From Octopus vulgaris (Eukaryota): a stretch of 64,000 nucleotides of DNA. How positions within the stretch are numbered: the stretch's first letter is position 1; each line of letters starts with the position of its first letter. Positions 1 to 12,462 of this stretch are shown here, one piece after another. Where the stretch lies: contig OX597835.1 in NCBI GenBank assembly GCA_951406725.2, positions 11,098,001 through 11,162,000 on the forward strand, written 5' to 3'. The translations under genes and the position numbers were made by a program. The notes beneath the pieces are model-generated. The model had not been told where the DNA came from. It saw only the letters and a program-made list of their open reading frames with translations, and searched no databases.

Positions 1-252
1 CATGCAAGCATAGGAAAACGGATGTTAAAAATTCTGCTGCTGCCGATGGTGATGATGGGGGTGGGGCAGCGGTGGTTAATTGAGCCAACAAGGGAAATAG
101 CTTTTTTGTCTGTTTGTTATGCTAGAAGTAACAGCCGGCTTTCTCTCAAAATTTATCCAACTGTTCAGAAAAAAAAAAAAAGGAATCACACATTGGCTAG
201 AATAATCCAAGATAGACAATACTTAAAAGCAAGACACAATGGACATACTATA

Positions 253-428
253 GGTGCAGGAGTGGCTGTGTGGTAAGTAGCTTGTTTACCAACCACATGG
301 TTCCGGGTTCAGTCCCACTGTGTGGCACCTTGGGAAAGTGTCTTCTACTATAGCCTCGGGCCGACCAAAGCCTTGTGAGTGGATTTGGTAGACGGAAACT
401 GAAAGAAGCCCGTCGTATATATGTATAT

Positions 429-474
<46 letters not shown>

Positions 475-697
475 TTGTGTGTCTGTGTTTGTCCCCCTAG
501 CATTGCTTGACAACTGATGCTGGTGTGTTTATGTCCCCGTTACTTAGCGGTTCGGCAAAAGAGACCGATAGAATAAGTACTGGGCTTACAAAAGGAGTAA
601 GTCCCGGGGGGCTTACAAAAGGAATAAGTTGCTCGATTAAAGGTGGTGCTCCAGCATGGCCGCGGTCAGATGACTGAAACAAGTAAAAGAGTAGAAG
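253..697 (+). mobile_element. tRNA-derived SINE, family A (about 430 bp with an internal (TA)n/(TG)n tract)
   Basis: Head GGTGCAGGAGTGGCTGTGTGGTAAG...GGGTTCAGTCCC (A/B-box-like), conserved body, internal microsatellite and CAAGTAAAAGAG tail. More than 12 near-identical copies occur in the window. Confidence 0.9.
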
Positions 698-1244
698 AAT
701 ACTTGGTACACCTTAGTTTTAAAAGTTGGTTAAATTATGATCTGCTTGGGTCTAAACAACACCAACAACAATAGCAACATTAATACAGCATCATCATTTA
801 TCCATATTGCCGTAAAAGCTCTTCAAGAATTGGTCTGGTGCCATTGAAGAAAGAACCATTATTGTTTTTTTTTTTATTTCCTCTATGAAGAATATAACAG
901 CTTAATTTTGGATAAAACATCAAAGGCTCCATGGGGCTAAAATAGAATTAAAAAAAACACAAACAATCAGTCTTTTGATAAGGTAAATATGCCAAGTTTA
1001 TTTTTAAATAGAAAAGATTTCAAACAAAGAATTATGTCGGAATCTCTAAAATAATGAGGATTAGGGTTATGTTAATAAAGGGGGTAGCGACAGACTTGAT
1101 TTAGGAATCTAAGAAGATTTTAGTCTTTAAAAAAATTGCACTCTTTAATGATGACGATAGTCATTATGTAAATGAGTAATTCAGTCAAAGATGGTGGGAG
1201 GTCCATTACATCAATCCCTAACCCCAGTGGACAACTGGTACTTT

Positions 1245-1340
1245 TATACATTATTTACATTTGATGGATATTTGTCCTCATCTTGTTTGTTGTTAACACA
1301 ACGTTTCGTTTCGGCTGATATACCCTCCAACCTTCATGAA
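1245..1340 (-). mobile_element. Truncated hammerhead-bearing Penelope-like repeat (same family as 51780-51922)
   Basis: Reverse complement reads ATGAAGGTTGGAGGGTATATCAGCCGAAACGAAACGTTGTGTTAACAAC, matching 51838-51880. The core is truncated and GAAAC is duplicated. Confidence 0.7.
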
Positions 1341-1349
1341 TAATGTTTC

Positions 1350-1632
1350 CATCATCATCACCGTCATCACCTCCACAATTATTGTCATCATCACCACCAT
1401 CATCATTATCATTATTATCATTATCATCATCGTCATCATCATCACCATCATCGCCTCTACAATTATTGTCATCATCACCATCACCACCATCATTATCATT
1501 ATCATCATAATCATCGTCATCATCACCAACATTACCAACTCCACATTTATTGTCATTATCACCACCACCATCCTCCTCTTCCTCTTTCCACCACCACCAC
1601 CACCACCACCACCACTATCACTATCGTCATCA
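1350..1632. repeat. Degenerate (ATC/ACC)n trinucleotide microsatellite
   Basis: Direct inspection; it generates the poly-I/poly-M ORFs. Confidence 0.9.
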
Positions 1633-1892
1633 TTCTCATCTTCATTGTCTGTGCGTCTATTTTTTTTTTTTCCCTTTGTGTTTGCACGAGTGAAATGAAA
1701 TTAGTCGAGGCAGATGTTTCTGCGACTGGATGCACTTCCTGTTGCCGACACTCGTTTCCAAGCAACGGAATATTTTGGCTCAGTCTGGACTTACTTTCCA
1801 CAGGAGATTGCAATCAAACAAATCACCTGCTAACGATGGGGATGTTTGTTAACAATCGGCATTTGATATCAAGACGAGAACACAAACAAACA

Positions 1893-1972
<80 letters not shown>

Positions 1973-2232
1973 GAGAAATATACACATGATAGCCTTCCAC
2001 AGAGTTTCCATTGACCAAATTCACTCACACGGCATCAGTTGGCCTGGAACTATAATCGGAGCCAAACATCCTGTCCAAGGTGCCATGTAATGGGTTTGAA
2101 CTGGAAACTTCATGACTGCAATGCCAGTTTGTAACCTCTCAGTCAAGCCAGCACCTGAATTTTTTTGTTTTGTTTTTATTTACTTTATTACTATTTAAAT
2201 ACAGAAGAGTGTATATATGTATTTGTATATAC

Positions 2233-2452
2233 GTATTTCAAAATAGAAAATTACCCTTTAACAGGTAATTTTACATGCTAGAAATAGCAGCCATAAAATT
2301 GTGGTTTTTGGCCGTGTTGGCTGCTATTTCTAGCATGTAAAATTACCTGTTAAAGGGTAATTTTCTATTTTGAAATACAAATATGTTGTCTATTGACTTT
2401 TTATACATGCTAGGCCACTGGTGGTGATATTTATAATGAGTATTCGCCACCC
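2233..2452. mobile_element. Fold-back element: perfect 61 bp inverted repeat plus a one-sided tail, next to a (TA)n tract
   Basis: 2233-2293 is the exact reverse complement of 2318-2378, with a 24 bp spacer. Confidence 0.8.
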
Positions 2453-2689
2453 TATATATATATATGTATTTGTATATATGTATATGTGTATATGTATATG
2501 TGTATATGTATATATGTATATGTGTGCAGTCAGTGTTTGTGTTTGTCCATCCCTCCCACCCCATAATTATCAGTATTGGTTTGTTTATGTTCTCATAACT
2601 TGGCAGTTCAGCAAAAGGGGATGATAGAGTATGTACTAGAGTTTAAAACTAAAATAAGTACAAAGGTCAATTCAATCCACTAAACAATT

Positions 2690-3000
2690 AGTTCCCAACA
2701 TATTTTTTACCTAAGGACCCCTTTCAATACTATTTCATTCTGGTGGACCCTACCACAGCCATTTGATGTTTAAAAACTAGTTTTATAGAAACTTCTTTCA
2801 AAATTCCTGTTTTGCCCTCCACACATTCCCTTGTGTCCGCTGAACCATGTAAAATATTAGAGAAAGAAACCCTGCTGTTTCTTGTTATAAAATACATCTA
2901 ATGTAAAACTTTTCTGTGTAGCCTTAGAATACTATTTTGCTTGACTGGATGCCCCCCCCCCAAAAAAAAAATTTATATGGGCACCATTTGAGAACCACTA
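2690..3000. mobile_element. hAT-like MITE
   Basis: Ends GTTCCCAAC...TTGAGAACCACT resemble the (CAG)TGGTTCTCAA terminal repeats of hAT MITEs. Homologous copies lie at 13821, 14315-15627 and 63344. Confidence 0.6.
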
Positions 3001-3118
3001 GATTAAGCTATTCAAGGTGGTGCCCCAGCATGCCCACAGTCCAATGGCTGAAACAAGTAAAATATTTAAGATAAAATTATGGAAAGCAGATATTAAACGA
3101 TGATGATGATGATGATAG

Positions 3119-3281
3119 ATGCAGGAGTGGCTGTGTGGTAAGTAGCTTGCTTACCAACCACATGGTTCTGAGTTCAGTCCCACTGCATGGTACCTTGGAT
3201 AAGTGTCTTCTACTATAGCCTCAGGCTGACCAAAGCCTTGTGAGTTGATCTGATAGATGGAAACCGAAAGAAGCCCATCAT

Positions 3282-3337
<56 letters not shown>

Positions 3338-3570
3338 ATATGTATATATATGTATGTATGTGTTTGTGTGTTTGTCCCCCCCAACATCGCTTCACAACCA
3401 ATGCTGGTGTGTTTACATCCCCGTAACTTAGCAGTTCGGCAAAAAGAATTCCGATAGAATTAGTACTGGGCTTACAAAGAATAAGTCCTGGGGTCAACTT
3501 GCTGGACTCAAGGCAGTGCTCCAGCATGGCCACAGTCAAATGACTGAAACAAGTAAAAGAATAAAAGAAT
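3119..3570 (+). mobile_element. SINE family A
   Basis: Full-length match to 253-697. Confidence 0.9.
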
Positions 3571-3802
3571 ATAAGAATATGTTGATACATGTGTGTGTGT
3601 GTGCGCTTGTATGTGTGTGCGCTTGTGTGTGTTTGTATGTGTGTGTGTGTGTTTGTGTATGTGTGTGTCTGTTTGTGTTTTTCGTTGTCCTGTCTTTGAT
3701 TTTGTGTTGAACTGGGATTTGGGTTCCATAACTATTTACAATGTAAATTTGCCTTTATTCCTTGTGAAGAGAAACCATTATTGCCATTGAATTGACAGAA
3801 CC

Positions 3803-3840
<38 letters not shown>

Positions 3841-4109
3841 CAGCAGCAGCAGCAGCAGCAGCAGGTCTCAGTAATTTGGGAACAGGTTAAGATAGGCTAT
3901 AAATAGTCAAATAATATTTCAAGCTGAAGTAGGGAGGGGGGGGGGGAAACTGAATAGTGGTGGTGGGAGGAGGAGGAGGAGGAGAAACTGTTGACAGTGG
4001 GAGGGGCGGCCTCCTGGGTACCTTGTGTGTTTTGAGCAAATAGGGTTTTTCTGTGTGAGGAGTAGAGTGAGGAGGGGGTGACTGGTGGGGATTGGTTAGG
4101 TTGTAAGGT

Positions 4110-4136
4110 GTTGTGTTTGTGTGTGTGTGTGTGTGT

Positions 4137-4190
<54 letters not shown>

Positions 4191-4541
4191 GTGTGTGTGT
4201 GTGTGTGTGTGTCGTGTGTGTGTATGTCTGTTACTTTGTGTGTGCATGCATGTGTATGTGTGAGTGTGGTTTCTTGTGTGCATCTGTGTATGTATATGTG
4301 TGTGTCTATTTTGTGTATGTGTATATTGTACATCTATGTAAGGACTTGCATATGTATGTATGTATGTGTGTGTATGTGTGCATGTATGTGCATGCATATG
4401 CCTGTATATGAATATGTGTGTGTATGCATGTGTGTGTGTGTGTATCTGTTGTGTGTGTGTATGTATGTATGTATGTATGAGTGTATATGTATGTGCATGT
4501 ATGTGCATACATACGCCTGTATATGCATAAGTGTGTGTATG

Positions 4542-4578
<37 letters not shown>
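4110..4578. repeat. (TG)n/(TATG)n compound microsatellite
   Basis: Direct inspection. Confidence 0.9.
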
Positions 4579-4579
<1 letters not shown>

Positions 4580-4810
4580 AAAGGGTTGAAAGATCTTATG
4601 TAGAGAATGGGGAAAATAAATTGGGGAAAAGAAAACAAAAAAAAAGGAAAGGATTCCTGGAAAGCTTTCTGCAAATAATAACGGTTTTGTGGTGTTGTGA
4701 GAAGAGCCAAGTGGTAGATATTGATTTTGGGAGTGTTCAATCGATGAAATCAATATCAGTTCATGACTGGTACTTGTGCTTATATATGATGCCAACGGCA
4801 GTGATGACAG

Positions 4811-4894
4811 ACCAAGCAGCAACCATACCACTGGCGCTCGGAAATCACCCAGAAACTTTATAACAGTGGGGCAGGATATCAATCCGTGTCGGAG
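4811..4894 (+). other. Weak candidate exon
   Basis: Unique CpG-containing sequence ending GAG|GTATGA. The 84 nt after GACAG| read TKQQPYHWRSEITQKLYNSGAGYQSVSE. The acceptor has no pyrimidine tract. Confidence 0.2.
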
Positions 4895-4949
4895 GTATGA
4901 TTATGGTGCTCAAGTCCAAATACCAACCAGAACAACAACAACAATAAGG

Positions 4950-5830
4950 ATCATCGTTCATCGTTTAGCGTCCGCTTTCCATGCTGGCATGGGTTGGACG
5001 GTGCAACTGGGGTCTGGGAAGCCAGAGGGCTGTATCAGGCCCAGTCTGATCTGGCAGTGTTTCTACCGCTGGATGCCCTTCCTAATGCCAACCACTCCGT
5101 GAGTGTAGTGGGTGCTTTTTACGTGCCACTGGCACAGGTGCCAGACGAGTCTGGCAAACGGCCACGATGGGATGGTGCTTTTTACGTGCCACCGGCACGG
5201 AGGCCAGGCGAGGCTGGCAACGGCCACGATTGGATGGTGCTTTTTACGTGCCACCAGCATGGAGGCCAGGCGAGGCTGGCAAATGCCACGATGGGATGGT
5301 GCTTTTTACATGCCACCGGCACGGAGGCCAGGCGAGGCTGGCAACGGCCACGATCGGATGGTGCTTTTTACGTGTCACCAGCTCGGAGGCCAGGCGAGGC
5401 TGGCAATGGCCACGATCGGATGGTGCTTTTACGTGTCACCAGCATGGAGGCCAGGCGAGGCTGGCAACGGCCACGATCGGATGGTGCTTTTACGTGTCAC
5501 CGGCACGGAGGCCAGGCGAGGCTGGCAACGGCCACGATCGGATGGTGCTTTTTACGTGTCACCAGCTCGGAGGCCAGGCGAGGCTGGCAACGGCCACGAT
5601 CGGATGGTGCTTTTACGTGTCACCAGCACGATGGCCAGGCGAGGCTGGCAACGGCCACGATCGGATGGTGCTTTTTACATGCCACCGGCATGGAGGCCAG
5701 GCGAGGCTGGCAACGGCCACGATCGGATGGTGCTTTTTACGTGCCACTGACACGGAAGCCAGTCGGGGCGGCGCTGGCAATGGCCACGTTTGGATGATTC
5801 TCTTATGTGCCACCGGCACTAGTATCACAG
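4950..5830 (-). mobile_element. RTE-LINE 3' UTR fragment with about 11 copies of a 61-62 bp GC-rich minisatellite
   Basis: (GAT)n-type tail at the left end and conserved GGAAGGGCATCCAGC...CCAACCCATGC 3' region on the minus strand. Unit GCCACCGGCACGGAGGCCAGGCGAGGCTGGCAACGGCCACGATCGGATGGTGCTTTTTACGT. The link to the RTE ORF end is visible at 38847-39420. Confidence 0.8.
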
Positions 5831-5855
5831 CTACGATAATAATAATGATTGTTAT

Positions 5856-6000
5856 TATTATCACCTCTGCCTTAGCAAAAACAGGGGTATTGTTTTCAGT
5901 TGTATTTGTTTGTTAGTTTATCCATGGACAAGATATCTCAAGAATTGCTGGATGGATTCGGATGAGACTTTCAGGAATGTTTAGCCTTGTGACTTGTAAT
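5856..6000 (+). mobile_element. Helentron/DINE-1-like non-autonomous remnant
   Basis: TTATCACCTCTGCC...GGGGTATTGTTTTC...GTTTGTT...GATATCTCAAGAA...GGATGGATT follows the usual DINE/HINE 5' pattern. Confidence 0.4.
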
Positions 6001-6059
6001 TTTTTCCATTCTGCATTTATTTTGGATATATTTCCCATTTCCATAATTTTTTTAGAGAT

Positions 6060-6335
6060 TAGGCATCATTTTCTTGGAGAGGTGCACTTCTAAGGAAGCA
6101 CTGAAAATTGTACGCATACCGTTGCATAGACGTAACAGGTTCAAATCCTAGGCGAATTGAGAGTGGTCTATTTATGTAGGGGGCATGGAATTTCAAGGAA
6201 AAAATTATAAGAAAATGCATCCTAAGTCAAAGAGAGCACACATGTCAAATTTGGTGAAATTAGGTTTAATATTGTAGGAGCAGAAGTGGTTCACACGACA
6301 CACAGACAGACAACTTGCCTTTTAATATATATATA
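6060..6335 (-). mobile_element. Helitron-like 5' remnant
   Basis: Reverse complement starts TATATTAAAAGGCAAGTTGTCTGTCTGTGTGTC, similar to the 5' end of the Helitron at 49604. Confidence 0.45.
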
Positions 6336-6344
6336 TATATATAT

Positions 6345-6693
6345 ATACTTCATAAATAAGGGCAAACAAAAAAATTTCTAATGCCAAATATGCCGAAAAA
6401 TTGGACACACTGTCCATTAACCATATAATTTTTTCACAATATGCACACTACTCGAAAAAAGGTCGACAGAAATTTCTAAAAAATTCCATTATTACCATAT
6501 CGGACCGATTTCAGGGTTAGCTCCATGGTTAATGGACAGTGTATCCAATTTTTCAGCATATTTGGCATTAGAAATTTTTTCGTTTACCCTTATTTCTGAA
6601 TTATATAAATTTAACCTTTAAAGATATTTTTTAATATGCTGGCCATTGATAAAATTTTTTTTCGAAAAAGAAAAAAAGATCTTATCCTACATT

Positions 6694-6695
<2 letters not shown>
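6345..6695. mobile_element. (TA)n-flanked fold-back element with an approximately 80 bp inverted repeat
   Basis: 6345-6424 and 6525-6606 are reverse complements with a few mismatches. TA tracts lie on both sides. GAAATCGGTC occurs on the minus strand at 6503-6512. Confidence 0.75.
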
Positions 6696-6758
<63 letters not shown>

Positions 6759-6779
6759 ATATATATATATATATATATC

Positions 6780-7215
6780 ACTCTATAACATTCTATTTCT
6801 TCCTGCATCTGGTACTTCATCATTGTGTCTTTTGACTCCCCGCAATTTTCCAAACAGTCTCTTCTGGTTATTTTGGTCCCTTATTCTATTCTCAAAATGT
6901 TTTTGCTGACTTTGCTGTCTTTCTTTGCTTCTCTCCTTTGTTGACAACATTTATTCCTTTCTTTCTATTCTTCGCATCGTGTTTCCTTTCTTCTGTTTTA
7001 ATGACTTTTCGTTCCGTTCCCTTTGTGCATCTTCTTTAAGAAAAAACTGCAGTTGACTCTCGCATCCCATCTCAAGCTCTTGACGCTTTCTTCTCTGTCT
7101 TCTATTGTTTTTTCGTTTCAAGGTTTTCGTTTGTTCCTCCTCCGTTTACCTGCCTTTGCAGCCCACCACTTCTGCTACTGCTCCTCCGACTGAAATGAGG
7201 CGATCGGTCACAGGT
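6780..7215 (-). pseudogene. R4/Dong-like non-LTR retrotransposon, decayed N-terminal region
   Basis: Minus strand reads ...HFENRIRDQNNQKRLFGKLRG...DEVPDA..., resembling the pre-RT region of R4/Dong ORFs. Stops are present. Confidence 0.5.
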
Positions 7216-7318
7216 GTTTGGATTCACAGCTGATTGGACAGTCAAGCTGTTTTAGTGACTGTTCTTCTTAGTGTTGGAGGCAAACATACACACACACATA
7301 CACACACACACACACACA

Positions 7319-7380
<62 letters not shown>

Positions 7381-7579
7381 TTCTCTCTCTCTTTCACTCT
7401 CTCTTTCTTTCTCTCTCTTTCTCTCTTGCACACACACACACACATACACACATCACACATGTATGTACAAGCACAGATAGAGAGTGTGAGAGAGATGCAT
7501 TACACCTGTATACAAACATAGGTAGATACTAACACACATAAACCGAGATGGGAGGAGAGGAATTTGAAGCTGGCACTCT

Positions 7580-7882
7580 GTCAGTTATGGACGAGGAGGG
7601 TTCCGCTTGATCCGAACAATGGATCAGCCATGCTCATGGAATTAACATGCAAGCGACTGAGCACTCCACGGACACATGTGCCTTTAATGTAGCCCCGAGG
7701 TAGATTCAGTGTGGCACTGAAAATGACAAGGTTGGCCCTCTTTGAATTACAGGTATAACTCAGGTTTGGCGGCTGAGTGGACTGCTGCGACATGAAATAA
7801 AGTGTCTTGCTCAAGAACACAACACGTCGAATGGAATTGAACTCATGACCCAAGTTGAATACGCTAACCACTGAGCCACACA
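7580..7882 (-). mobile_element. tRNA-derived SINE, family D
   Basis: Minus-strand head GTGGCTCAGTGGTTAG...GAGTTCAATTCC and body TTGAGCAAGACACTTTATTTC...CAGTCCACTCAGC. Homologues at 12463, 41640 and 44998. Confidence 0.75.
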
Positions 7883-8399
7883 CCTTTGTGGGGAACGTGG
7901 GTGGGGGAAGGGCGAAAGAAACATTAAGACAACTGATGTCAAGTAAGGCCACACTGAATCAGTGATGCCATATAGTTGGCGCCAAAACAGCTGTGCCAAA
8001 ATGTCTCATAGCCTTCTCCTACAGCCTAGTATAACTTACTTCCTACAAGGAAAGAAGTGAGTGACACATGTCCTATAACATTGTCCGCTGCTTTTATTGT
8101 TTCACTTGATCCCCGTTCTATCATATCCTCCAAGTCCGGCAGGTTTCTCATTCCCAAATTCTTCAAGTTGGTCATTCCAACCATTCTGTTACATCCTTAA
8201 TTGTATTTCCTTTTTAACCAACTCATTTCTTTGTATAATACTCAAACAGTGTCTCTGTGTTTTCTTCACTGACATTAACTTTAGACATGCCATGGTTCCA
8301 TGTTAGCTTTACCATTTAGTTTGACAGGTCTTTATTATGCTTTATAGAATGTGTCTGTCTTGTAAATTTCTGGGAACACACCTCCCTTGACCCAAAATG

Positions 8400-9775
8400 C
8401 AGCATTCTTCCCCTATGCCTTTTCTTAATTGGTTTACCCCATAAAGTAGTATTTCAGCTCAAGTCTTATTATAAAAGGGACACAGGACGGTGCTGAGGTC
8501 TTGAAGTAGACACTGATAACGTGTTTACTATTACCACAGTAACTGTTAAATATATTTATGGACAAGATTTATGTACACATTAGGAACAGAGTCTACCCAT
8601 CCACCCTGCTCCCAATGAACAGAAGAAGTGATGGACAAAACATCAACTATTAATTGACAAGTTGAATACCAGAAATTCTAAGAGAAAACAGACTGGTTTA
8701 GCCAAGGGATTGATTGACTACAAGAAGTGTTATGACAACGCGGTGAGCTGGCAGAAACATTAGCATGCTGGGCAAAATGCTTAGCGGTATTTCGTCTGCC
8801 GCTACGTTCTGAGTTCAAATTCCGCCGAGGTCGATTTAGCCTTTCATCCTTTCAGGGTCGAGTAAATAAGTACCAATTACGCACTGGGGTTGATGTAATC
8901 GACTTAATCCCTTTGTCTGTCCTTGTTTGTCCTCTCTATGTTTAGCCCCTTGTGGGCAATAAAGGAATAAGAAGTGTTATGACAAGAGTTACCCTACTTT
9001 TGGATTTTGATGACATTCACAATGTTCAAAACTGAAAATAACATTACTAAACTGATACTAATAAAAATGGTAAATGTGAAATGGAACTAACATCAGGAAG
9101 TCATTCACTTGGAAAAGTCAAACTCAATTACTGCATCTTCCCATCATCTCTACCGTTTGTTATTGTTCTTGTAACACTTGTTGCTAGAAGTGAGAAAAGT
9201 AAAAGATGGATATATTCTAGGAAAAGACCAGGTGATAGTTAACCATTTGTTATTTAAGGATGACTGAAAGTTACATGATACCACTGAAAGGGAATTGAAG
9301 AATTTTGTCAGTACTGTGAAAGTGTTCAGCAATGATATCAGAATGGAATTTGGTAATTTCAAGTGTGGAACTGTTGTGATGAAGAAAGGAGAAATACCAT
9401 AAAAGTCAGGGAATAAATCTATCAGATGAGGGAAAGACATTAGAGGTTTATATGGATGATGAATATTAATGTCTGGGAGTCTTGGAAGCTGATGGCAGAA
9501 AGAATAGAACAATGAAAGTTAAAGTCAGAAGAGAATGTTTCTGAAGAATATGCAGAATATTAAAAGCCAAACACAATGGTATAAATGCCATCCCTGCCAT
9601 AAATTGAAGAGCTATATCCATCATCGGATATCGTACAGGAATAATCAAATGGACCAAGGATGATCATGGAAATATAGACAGAAATCAGGGAAACCATTGA
9701 CAATCTACAGAGCTTTACGAACAGAGGCAGATGTTGACGGGTTCTATTTCAATAAAAGGGATGGAGGGAGAACAG
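8400..9775 (+). pseudogene. R4/Dong-clade LINE reverse transcriptase remnant
   Basis: Motifs KHQLLIDK, IDYKKCYD (8713-8736), NHLLFKDD*KL (9241 onward), SNDIRMEFGNFKC (9328-9366) and ADVDGFY..KRDGGR. Frameshifted, and interrupted by a SINE. Confidence 0.8.
8739..8968 (+). mobile_element. tRNA-derived SINE, family B, with a 17 bp TSD
   Basis: GAGCTGGCAGAA...GAGTTCAAATTCC head. TSD AAGAAGTGTTATGACAA at 8722-8738 and 8969-8985. Confidence 0.9.
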
Positions 9776-10205
9776 TGTGAAGTCGTCATCCTCATCATCA
9801 CTTAACATCTAGTTTACATGCTGGCATGGGTTGGACAGTTTGACAGGAACTGGCCAGCTGAGGAGCTGCTCAGGCCTCATGTTTGTTTTGGCATGGTTTC
9901 AATGGTTGGATGCCTTTCCTAATGCCAACCACATTACAGCACTGGTATGGGTGCTTTGCTTTTTTTGTAGCCCCAGCACTCACAAGCCTGCAAGATTAGG
10001 AATTCTCTGCTAGAGAGGGATGCAGGGGATATGTCTCTATGCAAGGACAACCACATATTGTATAAAAAAAAAAAAAAAAAACTGTGGAAGTAGAGGTAAA
10101 GAGCTTCTGGAAGTACATTGCTAAGAGGGATGAGGTGCTTTTAACAGCAGTAAGAGGTGTGGAGATGTAAGCTGAGGGAAGAAAAGAAAAACCCTGAAAC
10201 ACCCA

Positions 10206-10386
10206 GTGCTAGAAATTGAAAAATACCTTAGGAATGAGAACTCAGGTTCAAAATTTCCTAAAACACCTGATGAAGGCTGGATAGCGTATCAGCCAAAACA
10301 TTATGTTAACAACAAACAAGATGAGGACAAATATTCGTCAGATGTAAATAATGTAAATAATTCCTCATCTCTTAAATACACAACTG
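10206..10386 (+). mobile_element. Penelope-like repeat with a decayed hammerhead
   Basis: CTGATGA at 10267-10273, stem GGCTG/CAGCC, GAAA mutated to AAAA. Homologous to 51780-51922. Confidence 0.7.
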
Positions 10387-11419
10387 TATAATCATGCATT
10401 ATCTCATAGTTTTGAGACATTGCTGATGTGATTATTTGTTTTAGAATGACATTGTAAGGCAAGTGTGAGAGATCAGACCTGGCCAGCTTGAACACAAAAC
10501 AGACAGAATTTTCGGAGATAGATATGGACAATTTTAAAGCTATAGGGTTTAAGCTAATACCAAGAACAGTCTGAGTCCATCACTGGTAATTTTTCCAGGC
10601 ATTGTGGTAATATTCCTAGATGAGTCAAGGGCCATGAAAGATAGGTGTTCTGTGGATTTGAACTTATAATTTCTGAGCTGTTAGTGTGATATCTTGATCA
10701 AATCAAGACTTCTGCTTTTGGCATGACCTCCATTACACACAGGATATTTCACAACATATTTAGCTATTATGTAGCCATTATGTAAAAAGAAAAAAAATGG
10801 CCATTGTCTTTTGATGACACATTTTGTGAAGAATGGGGACTATAAAAACATGTTCTTCTCTTCTATGTCTTTTGAGAAAAATTACAATCGTAAATGGAGA
10901 GCTAAATATTCCTCAAGTATTAAGAAAGAGTTATTTTTGTGATAGCTCTTCTCAACATTCCCAACTTGCTAAAAAAAAAAAAAAAAAAAAGAGAAAGAAA
11001 CGAACAAACAAAACAAAATAGCAATTTTTTTTTGTTATTTTCTTTTGTTCTTAACTTTAGGTTAATATGAACACAAGACAAAAATAACAGCAAAAATTGT
11101 GAGATAGGAAAATTATTTATCAAAATATCTGATTTCCCCATCTCTGATAATAGCAATTTTCAAAATAATGTGGAGGAATTTAAAAAAAAACAAAAAGATT
11201 GTTTTTTTTTATTTTTTGTATTTTTTTTTTCCAGAATAGATTGAACATTTTAAAGAACAATAGTTTTTTTTAGTTTTTTCCTGTTTTCATTTGTTTTATT
11301 TTATCTAATTTGTTTTTTTTTTGGTGGTGGTGGTGGTGATGGTGAAGAAATTTAAGATGTCAAATAAAACAGAAAGACATTAATGTAGGCATTAAGCTGG
11401 CCATTTCGGGTATCTTTGA

Positions 11420-12330
11420 CATGTGGGAAGAATTAAGAAGCGTGGGCAGTGTAGAAAAAAAAATGGACATATGGGTGGTGGGGAAAATAATGAACTTGTG
11501 TGCAGTGTGGAGAGATATTAACATGTGAACAGAATAGAAAGGAAACATTTGGGCAGTGTGTAAAGAAATTAACATGTGGAAAGACATGGACATGTGGGCG
11601 GTACGTAAAAGAATTAACATGTAGGCAGTGTGGGAGCAGATAAACATGTTGAGCAGTGTTGAAATTTATGAACATGTTGTCATGTAGGAGGAAATCAACA
11701 TGTCGACAGTGTGGAAAGAAATGGACATGTTGGCAATGTGGAAAGACTGAAAAATGTGGACAATGTGGAAAAAAACTGAGTGGCTGTGTGGTAAGTAGCT
11801 TGCTAACCAACCACATGGTTCCGGGTTCAGTCCCACTGCGTGGCACCTTGGGCAAATGTCTTCTGCTATAGCCTCGGGCCGACCAATGCCTTGTGAGTGG
11901 ATTTGGTAGACGGAAACTGAAAGAAGCCTGTCGTATATATGTATATATATATATGTATGTGTGTGTGTGTGTTTGTGTGTTTGTGTTTGTCCCCCTAGCA
12001 TTGCTTAACAACCGATGCTGGTGTGTTTACGTCCCCGTCACTTAGCGGTTCGGCAAAAAGAGACCGATAGAATAAGTACTAGGCTTACAAAGAATAAGTC
12101 CCGGGGTCGATTTGCTCGACTAAAGGCGGTGCTCCAGCATGGCCGCAGTCAAATGACTGAAACAAGTAAAAGAGTAAAAGAGTAAAGAGTAAAGAGTAAA
12201 GAGTGTGGGTGATGTGGAAAGGAATGACCATGTGTGAAGTGTGGAAAGACATTAACATGTGAACAGAATAGAAAGGAGACATTTGGGCAGTGTGTAAAGA
12301 AATTAACATGTGGACAATGTGGAAAGACAT
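11420..12330. repeat. Degenerate approximately 27 bp minisatellite (ACATGTGGGCAGTGTGGAAAGAAATTA-like) split by a SINE
   Basis: Units at 11420-11775 resume at 12204-12330. Confidence 0.75.
11777..12203 (+). mobile_element. SINE family A
   Basis: Match to 253-697 with an (AGTAAAG)n tail. Confidence 0.9.
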
Positions 12331-12462
12331 GGAAATTATTATTTATTGTCTTTGCACAGCTTCTAATGCTGGAGATGTACTACGGTGCCAGCTGTTCACT
12401 ACATGTGAACTGAGGTAACACCCCCTTATTTTTCAAGCACCATATTGGTGTTGCACATAAAA

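Noticed and set aside
253-330. tRNA genes at SINE heads
   Set aside because: A/B-box-like motifs are present, but there is no full cloverleaf and they are always fused to SINE bodies.
5110-5800. CRISPR-like regular array and the 200-267 aa ORFs
   Set aside because: The units are contiguous with no unique spacers, the context is eukaryotic, and the ORFs arise from a stop-poor repeat.
11656-11871. Zinc-finger-like CxxCGK peptide
   Set aside because: The period is about 27 bp rather than 84 bp, there is no HxxxH or TGEKP linker, and the frame is not maintained. It is a minisatellite.
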